A stretch of DNA of 25,251 bases, from positions 1 to 25,251 of the forward strand of contig JBILCQ010000001.1 in NCBI GenBank assembly GCA_044353065.1, read 5' to 3'. The DNA is from Flavobacteriales bacterium (GTDB taxonomy: Bacteria > Bacteroidota > Bacteroidia > Flavobacteriales_D > Sanyastnellaceae). This document shows, in pieces, positions 14,278-23,703 of this stretch. The notes below the pieces were generated by a model, which made no database searches, was not told the DNA's origin, and was given only the letters and a program-made list of their open reading frames with translations. Each line of letters begins with the position of its first letter. Positions within the stretch are counted from its first letter, which is position 1. A program made the translations under genes and the position numbers.

Positions 14278-16710
14278 ATGAAGACTCTCACCCTTGCCAG
14301 AGCTATTTGGTTGTTTGCCGTAATGCTTCCTTTCACATCTGCGTTCGCTCAGCAAGGAACCATTCGAGGTTTTGTGAAAGACCAGGAAACCGCCCAGCCG
14401 GTAATTTTCATTTTGGTGGGATTGGATGGTACCGGGTTCGGCACCCAGACAGATGAAAACGGATTTTATACGTTGACCAAGATTCCTGACGGCAAATACA
14501 CACTCGTCATTAACCAGTTTGGATTTAAGGAAGTAAGAGATGAAATTGAAATTGCAGGTGCAAAGGTTGTAGCGCGCAATTATTTTCTTGTGAAAGATGA
14601 TGTGATGATGAGCGAAGTTGAAATCACGGATAAGGGTAGTGCTCAAAAGAACAACGTAAACATATCAGTAGAGTCGATGCGCACCAAGGACATTAAGCGC
14701 ATACCCAGTGTAGGCGGTGCTCCCGATTTGGCTCAGGCACTAACCACTCTTCCCGGTTTTGTAAGCACAGGCGACCAAGGTGGTCAAATCTATGTGCGCG
14801 GAGGATCGCCTGTTCAAAACAAGGTGCTGCTCGACGGTATGATTGTTTACAACGCCTTTCACTCGATTGGTCTTTTCTCGGTATTCGATACGGACATTAT
14901 TGCCAACGCTGACGTTTATACCGGAGGTTTTAGCGCGCAATTCGGCGGACGTATTTCTTCCATTATGGACATCACAACCCGCGATGGCAATAAGCGCGAA
15001 ATCGATGGACACGTGGGGGTAAACCCTTTCGGTGCGAAACTTCAGATTGAAGGTCCTTTGCGTAAGCTTCGTGAAAACGGAAGCGGAATATCATATGTGT
15101 TTTCCGCGAAAAACTCGTATCTCGATCGCAGTTCCAAGCTGCTGTATTCGAATGTGAATGATGGAAACGGACTGCCGTTCAATTATACCGATATCTACGG
15201 CAAGATGGCCTTCAGTGGGGCCAATGGTTCAAAATTCAATGCATTTGGTTTTAGCTTCACTGATGGTGTGACCAGCTATAAAAATCTTGCTTCGCTGAAT
15301 TGGAAGAACAACGGCGCGGGTGGAAATTTTGTGATTGTGCCCTCCAGTTCTGCCGTATTGATTACCGGGAATTTCGCACGAAGCAAATACGAAATTGTAA
15401 TGAGCGAATTGAATAATCCGGATAGAACCTCAAGAATCAATAGCTTCAATTTCGGACTTGATTTCAAGTATGGAATTAAAAACGACGTTCTTAAATACGG
15501 CGTTGAAGTAGTCGGATTTTCTACGGATTATAAAACGTTTGCGTTATTGGACAACACGCAGATAGTTCAGGAAACTCAGAACACAACAGAATTGAATACG
15601 TTTTTCGACTATAAACTGAATCGCGGAAGATGGGTGGTGGAGCCGAGCATCCGTTTCCAATACTACAGTACCCTGAGTGTGTTTTCGCCGGAACCGCGTT
15701 TAGGTATTAAGTATAAGTTGAGTGAGCGCTTTAGATTGAAGGCAGCTACAGGCCGTTACACGCAAAACCTCATGGCTACGAACAGCGACCGTGATGTAGT
15801 GAATCTTTTCTACGGATTTTTAGCTAGTCCTGAAAACGGTCTGCAATCCGAATATACGGGTGACCCGCTCTTCCAGGCCAATGGCGAAGCGGTCAACTCC
15901 CTGGGTCAAATTATCGGAGGAACCTTGAACGGAAGTCTTGAAACGGGTCGTTCGCCACTCAAACAGCAAGTGAAGAATCCGCTTCAAACGGCGAAACATT
16001 TTGTATTCGGATTTGAATTCGATCTTTCTGAACGTTGGAACTTAAATGTGGAGAGCTATTACAAGCGATTCGGACAGCAGACCAACATTAACAGAAACAA
16101 GATATTCGAAAACCCCAACGGAGAGAATAACGACAAGCCTGAAGAAATCACTCGCGATTTTGTAATCGAAACCGGAAACGCCTACGGAACAGATATAGTG
16201 TTGAAGTATGAAGACAAGTCGTACTACTTGAACATGGTCTATTCCATAGCGAAGGTGGAACGTTGGGACGGCGTGCGCTACTATGCGCCTGTATTCGATC
16301 GCCGCCACAATTTGAATTTGATCGGTACTTATCTATTTGGTAAAGAGAAGTGCTATGAGCTTTCCATGCGCTGGAACTTAGGAAGCGGTTTGCCGTTTAC
16401 TCAAACACAGGGCTTCTATAACGGTCAGGATGCTTCGCAGGGTATTAGTCTCGATTATCTATCGAACAACAGTCAATACCTGAGTGTTCAATATGCCGAC
16501 TTGAATGGTGGTCGACTTCCATTCTACCATCGTTTGGATGTAAACATCAAGCGCACTTTCAAGCTGAGCAAAAAGACATCACTTGAATTGAACGCAGGTG
16601 TTACCAACGCGTACAACCGAGCCAACGTATTTTACATTGATCGCATAACAGGCGAGCGAATTGACCAGCTGCCATTGTTACCAACCATTGGTTTGGACTT
16701 CGCATTTTAA
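14278..16710 (+). CDS. TonB-dependent outer-membrane receptor with N-terminal carboxypeptidase-regulatory-like domain, 810 aa
   Basis: Signal peptide ending AFA-Q; GTIRGFVKD...GTQTDENGFYTL domain; plug (YVRGGSPVQNKVLLDG, GGFSAQFGGRISS); C-terminal aromatic ...GLDFAF. Confidence 0.9.
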   Translation: MKTLTLARAIWLFAVMLPFTSAFAQQGTIRGFVKDQETAQPVIFILVGLDGTGFGTQTDENGFYTLTKIPDGKYTLVINQFGFKEVRDEIEIAGAKVVARNYFLVKDDVMMSEVEITDKGSAQKNNVNISVESMRTKDIKRIPSVGGAPDLAQALTTLPGFVSTGDQGGQIYVRGGSPVQNKVLLDGMIVYNAFHSIGLFSVFDTDIIANADVYTGGFSAQFGGRISSIMDITTRDGNKREIDGHVGVNPFGAKLQIEGPLRKLRENGSGISYVFSAKNSYLDRSSKLLYSNVNDGNGLPFNYTDIYGKMAFSGANGSKFNAFGFSFTDGVTSYKNLASLNWKNNGAGGNFVIVPSSSAVLITGNFARSKYEIVMSELNNPDRTSRINSFNFGLDFKYGIKNDVLKYGVEVVGFSTDYKTFALLDNTQIVQETQNTTELNTFFDYKLNRGRWVVEPSIRFQYYSTLSVFSPEPRLGIKYKLSERFRLKAATGRYTQNLMATNSDRDVVNLFYGFLASPENGLQSEYTGDPLFQANGEAVNSLGQIIGGTLNGSLETGRSPLKQQVKNPLQTAKHFVFGFEFDLSERWNLNVESYYKRFGQQTNINRNKIFENPNGENNDKPEEITRDFVIETGNAYGTDIVLKYEDKSYYLNMVYSIAKVERWDGVRYYAPVFDRRHNLNLIGTYLFGKEKCYELSMRWNLGSGLPFTQTQGFYNGQDASQGISLDYLSNNSQYLSVQYADLNGGRLPFYHRLDVNIKRTFKLSKKTSLELNAGVTNAYNRANVFYIDRITGERIDQLPLLPTIGLDFAF

Positions 16711-16767
16711 CGTAAACTTATCTGTCAGGTCGAATATTTGGCTATTCGAACGTTGGGTGAAGTGTAG

Positions 16768-18246
<1,479 letters not shown>

Positions 18247-18267
18247 ACATCAGAAATGAATTTTTAG

Positions 18268-18298
18268 AAAAGGGCCACGATTTTCGTGGCCCTTTTTT
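18268..18298 (+). terminator. Intrinsic terminator after gdhA (possibly bidirectional)
   Basis: Perfect 13-bp inverted repeat AAAAGGGCCACGA-TTT-TCGTGGCCCTTTT with a T6 tract on the 3' side and an A-tract on the 5' side. Confidence 0.9.
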
Positions 18299-18353
18299 AT
18301 ACCCTTTTTGAGGTATTCGAATGCGATTGGTTGCAATACCTTACTTGAGGTAT
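18299..18353. promoter_or_regulatory. Tandem palindromic boxes ATACC-N8-GGTAT (18299-18316 and 18336-18353), putative operator
   Basis: Two 18-bp copies, 15/18 identical, each self-complementary at the ends, in the intergenic region upstream of a FecA-like receptor. Confidence 0.55.
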
Positions 18354-18403
18354 GGTGTGCCGAAATGTGTTGCTTTCTCTTTGCGCTATTCTCAGAGTCA
18401 TTC

Positions 18404-20596
18404 ATGAAGTCATTCATTGTTTTTCTTGTTGCTGTTGTGTCGTGGCGCGAAATGGGCGCCGCTTCCTTTGATTCCGATACAATTCCACCGCTGGAATTAT
18501 CGGGAGTAGAAATCGCAACAGAACGCGTTCTTCTTCCTGTGCATCGGTTGCCCAATGTGCATGGAAATATTCTCGTGGCCGGAAAGAAAAATGAAGTGAT
18601 AGAATTGTCCAAATCATCTGCGGATTTGGCATCCGTCAATCAGCGGCAAATTTTCGCCCGCGTGCCGGGTTTGATGATTTGGGAAAATGACGGAAGTGGA
18701 ATTCAAATTGGAATAGCAGCGCGCGGACTGAGTCCAAATCGTTCCTGGGAATTCAACACCCGCCAAAACGGTTACGACATTTCTCCCGATGTTTTTGGTT
18801 ACCCCGAAGCCTACTACACACCTCCGATGGAGGCCGTTGAGCGAATTGAGTTTTTGCGCGGATCCGCCTCTCTTCAGTTTGGTCCTCAGTTCGGTGGTAT
18901 GGTCAACTATGTGCTCAAATCCGGGCATGGAAACAAACCTTTCTTTTATGAATCGCGCCAATCGGTTGGTAGCTATGGATTATTCTCTACCTATAATGCT
19001 GTCGGTGGTTCCAAGAATAAATGGAGTTATTACGCTTTTGCTCAGCAAAGACGAGGCGATGGTTGGCGAAAAAACAGTGAGTTTGATTCAAAAACACTTT
19101 ATGGAAGTGTCGAGTATCGCCACAATGCCAACCTGATTGTTGGTGTGAATATCACGCATTCGCAATTTCTCAGTCAACAACCCGGAGGACTCACCGACGA
19201 ACAGTACATGCGCGACTGGCGCAGCAGTTCGCGCTCCCGCAATTGGCTGCAAGTGCCGTGGAATGTTGTTTCCGCGTATGCCAAAGTGAGAACATCCAAT
19301 CATTCATTATTGGACATAAAGTTGTTCGGTTTGTTGGCCGATAGATCCAGTGTTGGCTTCATGAAAACCATCAACGTGGCGGATACCATCAATGCCTCAA
19401 CCGGTTTGTTCAACTCACGAAAACTCGACATCGATCAATACCAATCCTGGGGCGCAGAGTTGCGTTGGTTGTTGGAATATGAAATTTTCGGTCAAGAACA
19501 TCATCTTGCTGCGGGTGCTCGTTATTCCGACGCGCACACCCATCGTCGAAACGATGGTGTCGGCTCTACTGATCCTTTATTTGACGACGAGCTTGCCACA
19601 GGTGATTTCGGAAAGAATCTCTTCTTCGATAATGTGAACGCAGCAGCCTTTGTCGAGAATAGTTTTCATGTGGGAAATCGACTAACCATTACACCGGCTG
19701 TGAGAGTGGAAAATCTCACCAGCAAAACAAGCGGTTCTATTTCATTGTCCCAAGGCGATTTTACGCCCATGCAACAGAAGCGCTCTTTCGTGCTTGCCGG
19801 CATCGGTTTTCAGTATGATTGGACAAACATGAATGTGTATGCCAATGCGAGTCAGGCGTATCGTCCTGTGACCTACGGCGATTTCACTCCCGGATCAACG
19901 ACCGATATGATTGATCCGAATCTGAAGGCTGCTTCCGGGTATAATGCTGAGTTTGGTTTTCGTGGCACACACAAAAGTTGGCTGAACTTCGATGCGGGGC
20001 TCTTCTATCTGCTTTACGATAATCGTATTGGAACCGTATTGCGCGATGGTGTGAATTTCAGAACCAATATCGGAACCAGCGAAAGCAAAGGAGCAGAAGT
20101 GTTTGTGGAGTTTGATCCGATCAAAATGCTTGTTGCACAACCACGATGGGGAGCGGTTAGTTTTTTTGCATCCGGAACAATCATGGATGCGCGTTACGTG
20201 CGTTGGGACAACCCTGCCATTGCCATGGATGCCTCAACTTCTATTGAAAGCAAACGAGTAGAATATGCTCCGCAGCAAACTTGGCGTGCGGGATTCACCT
20301 ACAAGGTAGCAGGTTTCTCGGCCTCTGCCCAATGGAGCTTTGTGGATGCCGTTTTCACCGATGCTGCGAACGCGGAATTGCCTGCATCCAATGCGCAAGC
20401 AGGAAGAATCGATTCGTATAATCTGTGGGATATCTCATTGAAATATGAAATCAACAAGTCATTTTTTCTGCAAGCTGCCATCAACAATGTTCTCGATACG
20501 CGCTATGCTACCCGTCGCTCGGGTGGTTATCCGGGTCCGGGCTTATTGCCTGGTACCGGTCGCACGATGACCTTGACGCTCGGAATGAATTTATAA
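18404..20596 (+). CDS. TonB-dependent receptor, FecA-like metal/siderophore class, 730 aa
   Basis: Signal peptide; plug segments RVPGLMIWENDGSG, ARGLSPNRSWEFNTRQNG, VERIEFLRGSASLQFGPQFGGMVNY; C-terminal NNVLDTRY...PGTGRTMTLTLGMNL. Confidence 0.88.
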   Translation: MKSFIVFLVAVVSWREMGAASFDSDTIPPLELSGVEIATERVLLPVHRLPNVHGNILVAGKKNEVIELSKSSADLASVNQRQIFARVPGLMIWENDGSGIQIGIAARGLSPNRSWEFNTRQNGYDISPDVFGYPEAYYTPPMEAVERIEFLRGSASLQFGPQFGGMVNYVLKSGHGNKPFFYESRQSVGSYGLFSTYNAVGGSKNKWSYYAFAQQRRGDGWRKNSEFDSKTLYGSVEYRHNANLIVGVNITHSQFLSQQPGGLTDEQYMRDWRSSSRSRNWLQVPWNVVSAYAKVRTSNHSLLDIKLFGLLADRSSVGFMKTINVADTINASTGLFNSRKLDIDQYQSWGAELRWLLEYEIFGQEHHLAAGARYSDAHTHRRNDGVGSTDPLFDDELATGDFGKNLFFDNVNAAAFVENSFHVGNRLTITPAVRVENLTSKTSGSISLSQGDFTPMQQKRSFVLAGIGFQYDWTNMNVYANASQAYRPVTYGDFTPGSTTDMIDPNLKAASGYNAEFGFRGTHKSWLNFDAGLFYLLYDNRIGTVLRDGVNFRTNIGTSESKGAEVFVEFDPIKMLVAQPRWGAVSFFASGTIMDARYVRWDNPAIAMDASTSIESKRVEYAPQQTWRAGFTYKVAGFSASAQWSFVDAVFTDAANAELPASNAQAGRIDSYNLWDISLKYEINKSFFLQAAINNVLDTRYATRRSGGYPGPGLLPGTGRTMTLTLGMNL

Positions 20597-20660
20597 GCGA
20601 TTGATTTTTCAAGAGTGGAATCAGTTTTGTGATATATTGCTCTATCTAATTTGCTTGATC

Positions 20661-22043
20661 ATGAGACTGTTTCTATGTTTACTATGCGTTTGTTCTATCA
20701 CATCAAATGCACAGGTTGTCGAGTTTTGGTCTGAAAACTTTGGCTCCGGTTGCAATACCGGAACTCTTGCAAGTGATTACTTCTCCTTTACGAATGGCCC
20801 CTGGACGATTACTGAAACAGGCACCAACGCCAACGTAGCGAATACCTGGTTCGTCTCTGCTGCTGAAAACGGCAACGCTGCAGGCCAATGTGGTTCGGGT
20901 TGCGGAAGTGACCCTTCGTTACATGTTGGTGCTTTCAATTCATTCTTAGGTACCGATTTGGGAGCATCCTATTTTGAGGGTTTGGATGGATTTTGCGGTC
21001 TATTAGGTTGCGGTGCGACGGATAAACGAATCGAATCGGGTAACATCGACTGTTCCATATTTATCAATAACACGATCTCATTCAATTATATCGAAGGAGG
21101 AAACACGCTCGACAATGCCACTTTCTGGTATTTCGATGGAAACGAATGGTCAATGATTCAAGATCTGCCGAAGACACAAACGTGCCCGAATGGTCAAGGA
21201 GAATGGACTGAAGTAACGATAACGCTTCCAATAAGCGCGAACAACAATCCAAACGTACGATTTGGGTTTCGCTGGCAAAACAACGACGACGGCGATGCTA
21301 CAGATCCGAGTTTTGCTGTTGACGATATTGGAATTTCAGGTGAATACGGCGAAGACGCAATTCCGCCTTCCATCACATGCCCAAGCGACGTTGTAGTTTA
21401 CTCCGAAGATTACTGTTATTTCATGGGTGACTTTGAAAGTTTATCTGTGGTGGACGATAACCTGGATCTATTCCCTTCCATTGTGCAATCGCCTCCCGTG
21501 GAAACACTCATTTCTCCCGGTGACCATTTGGTTATCGTTACTGCAACGGATTACTCGGGAAACAGCAATTCATGCACGTTTAACCTTACGCTTATTGACG
21601 ATGACGCTCCGGTTATTGAATGTCCTGCGCCAATTGTAATAGAAGCACCTTTCGGCTCAACCTCTGCCGAGGTGAGCATTCCTGACCCCGTGGCAACAGA
21701 TAATTGCGGAAATCTTCAGCTCACCAACAGCTACAGTAACATTGGTCCCATATCCGGACTTTTTCCAATCGGAGCTACACAGGTAGTCTATCTGGCTTCT
21801 GATGCAGGGGGAAATTTTGCAGAATGTGTTGTGACGGTGACTGTAGAAGTTGCGCCGCAAGATTGTTGTTTAGCTGATTTGAATTGCGATGGAGCTATTA
21901 GTGTGGCCGACCTGCTCATTCTCATCAGCCAATTTGGATGCATTGGGACTCAATGCTACGCAGATTTGGATAATGACGATGTAGTTGGCGTGAGTGACTT
22001 GCAGCTATTCAATACATTGTACGGCACAGTTTGTCCGCAATGA
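20661..22043 (+). CDS. Secreted protein: Cys-rich N-terminal beta domain, two HYR domains, C-terminal dockerin-like Ca-binding repeat, 460 aa
   Basis: Signal peptide ending NA-Q; two PxIxCP...TATDxxGN..C HYR-like repeats (about 21354-21848); C-terminal pair ADLNCDGAISVADL / ADLDNDDVVGVSDL. Confidence 0.75.
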   Translation: MRLFLCLLCVCSITSNAQVVEFWSENFGSGCNTGTLASDYFSFTNGPWTITETGTNANVANTWFVSAAENGNAAGQCGSGCGSDPSLHVGAFNSFLGTDLGASYFEGLDGFCGLLGCGATDKRIESGNIDCSIFINNTISFNYIEGGNTLDNATFWYFDGNEWSMIQDLPKTQTCPNGQGEWTEVTITLPISANNNPNVRFGFRWQNNDDGDATDPSFAVDDIGISGEYGEDAIPPSITCPSDVVVYSEDYCYFMGDFESLSVVDDNLDLFPSIVQSPPVETLISPGDHLVIVTATDYSGNSNSCTFNLTLIDDDAPVIECPAPIVIEAPFGSTSAEVSIPDPVATDNCGNLQLTNSYSNIGPISGLFPIGATQVVYLASDAGGNFAECVVTVTVEVAPQDCCLADLNCDGAISVADLLILISQFGCIGTQCYADLDNDDVVGVSDLQLFNTLYGTVCPQ

Positions 22044-22058
22044 TATTCCCATAATTCT

Positions 22059-22066
22059 TACATTTG
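22059..22066 (+). promoter_or_regulatory. -7 element (TACATTTG) upstream of guaB
   Basis: Exact TAnnTTTG. The context TCTTACATTTGC is identical to the one at 23641-23652. Confidence 0.6.
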
Positions 22067-22097
22067 CGCGAATTTATTACCGATAAATTCTCCTCTC

Positions 22098-23573
22098 ATG
22101 TCCTATTTTGATGTAAAGTTTGTGGGTGAAGGTCTAACCTACGACGATGTGCTTCTCGTTCCTGCTTACTCAGAAGTGCTTCCTCGCGAAGTAGTGGTTA
22201 AGTCACGTTTTTCGCGCAACATAGAACTTAATGCACCGATTGTTTCCGCAGCGATGGATACCGTTACGGAGTCAGACATGGCCATTGCTATGGCTCGTGA
22301 AGGTGGAATCGGCGTTATTCACAAGAACATGAGTATCGAGGCTCAGGCGGCCTTGGTGCGTAAAGTAAAACGTTCGGAAAGCGGTATGATACTCGATCCT
22401 GTTACGCTCGATGAGCAAGCAGTCGTGTCGGACGCGTTGAAGCTGATGGCTGAGCATAAAATTGGCGGAATTCCGGTTGTAAACGCAGATGGTAAACTCA
22501 CCGGTATTGTCACCAATCGTGATTTGCGTTTTGAGAAGGACATGGCAAAGCCGATTGCCGAGGTTATGACCAAACAAGGTCTCATTACTACCGATAAACC
22601 CAACGATCTATCATCTGCGGAAGCTATTCTTCAGCAAAGCAAAATTGAAAAACTTCCCGTGGTAGATGCCGCTGGAAAACTAATTGGGCTCATCACATAT
22701 AAGGATATTCTCAAGCTAAAGAAATACCCGAATTCATGCAAGGATAAACTGGGTCGACTGCGTGTGGCGGCTGCCGTAGGTGTCACCGCTGACACACTTC
22801 AACGAGCTGAGGCATTGGTGAAGGCCGGTGTTGATGCCATCATTATCGATACAGCGCACGGTCATTCGAAGGGTGTAATTTCCATGTTGCGAGAAGTCAA
22901 GAAGTCATTCGGCGATCGCGTAGATGTGATTGTAGGCAATATCGCTACGGTTGAAGCGGCCAATGATCTGGTGGCAGCCGGTGCTGACGCCGTAAAGGTG
23001 GGTATAGGTCCGGGTTCAATATGCACCACCCGCGTAATTGCAGGGGTGGGTGTTCCGCAGTTAACGGCTGTAATGGACGTTGCACATGGTATTTCCGACA
23101 AGTCGGTACCTGTCATCGCTGACGGTGGTATCCGATTTACCGGTGATATTGTGAAGGCTTTGGCAGGTGGAGCGTCATCTGTTATGGTGGGCTCGATGCT
23201 GGCAGGAACTGAAGAAAGCCCCGGCGATACAATCATCTATGAAGGCCGCCGATTTAAATCTTACCGGGGAATGGGTTCCGTAGAAGCGATGCAGCAGGGA
23301 TCGAAGGATCGCTATTTTCAGGATGCTGAAGATGATATCAAGAAGTTGGTTCCCGAAGGAATCTCCGGACGAGTTCCCTACAAAGGCACTGTTCAGGAAA
23401 TCATGTATCAAATAGTGGGAGGGTTGCGCGCAGGTATGGGCTATTGCGGTGCGTCACACTTGGATTCGCTTAGAAATGCCAAGTTTATCCGAATCACCAG
23501 CGCCGGTGTCAAGGAAAGCCACCCGCACGACGTTTTCATTAGCCGGGAAGCACCCAATTACAGTCTGAAATAA
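22098..23573 (+). CDS. guaB: IMP dehydrogenase with CBS domains, 491 aa
   Basis: [36 protein letters not shown], catalytic [29 protein letters not shown]. Confidence 0.97.
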   Translation: MSYFDVKFVGEGLTYDDVLLVPAYSEVLPREVVVKSRFSRNIELNAPIVSAAMDTVTESDMAIAMAREGGIGVIHKNMSIEAQAALVRKVKRSESGMILDPVTLDEQAVVSDALKLMAEHKIGGIPVVNADGKLTGIVTNRDLRFEKDMAKPIAEVMTKQGLITTDKPNDLSSAEAILQQSKIEKLPVVDAAGKLIGLITYKDILKLKKYPNSCKDKLGRLRVAAAVGVTADTLQRAEALVKAGVDAIIIDTAHGHSKGVISMLREVKKSFGDRVDVIVGNIATVEAANDLVAAGADAVKVGIGPGSICTTRVIAGVGVPQLTAVMDVAHGISDKSVPVIADGGIRFTGDIVKALAGGASSVMVGSMLAGTEESPGDTIIYEGRRFKSYRGMGSVEAMQQGSKDRYFQDAEDDIKKLVPEGISGRVPYKGTVQEIMYQIVGGLRAGMGYCGASHLDSLRNAKFIRITSAGVKESHPHDVFISREAPNYSLK

Positions 23574-23643
23574 TGGTTTGGGAGTCTTCCGCTTAACTCA
23601 CTTTCACAACCTTGTGACTGGTGGTTTTCACCCAACGGAGTCT

Positions 23644-23651
23644 TACATTTG
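23644..23651 (+). promoter_or_regulatory. -7 element (TACATTTG) upstream of the PPIase gene
   Basis: Exact TAnnTTTG ending 52 nt before ATG 23704. Confidence 0.6.
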
Positions 23652-23703
23652 CCCCCGTTCCGAGAATGGGGCGACTAAACTCATTTATTCAATTAACCCG
23701 ATT

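Noticed and set aside
16730-16749. TCGAATA-N6-TATTCGA inverted repeat after the first TBDR
   Set aside because: AT-rich 7-bp stem with no U-tract; too weak to call as a terminator or operator.
18300-18403. Fur box or cobalamin riboswitch upstream of the FecA-like receptor
   Set aside because: No GATAATGAT-like array and no B12-box or other riboswitch core; the region is only about 100 nt.
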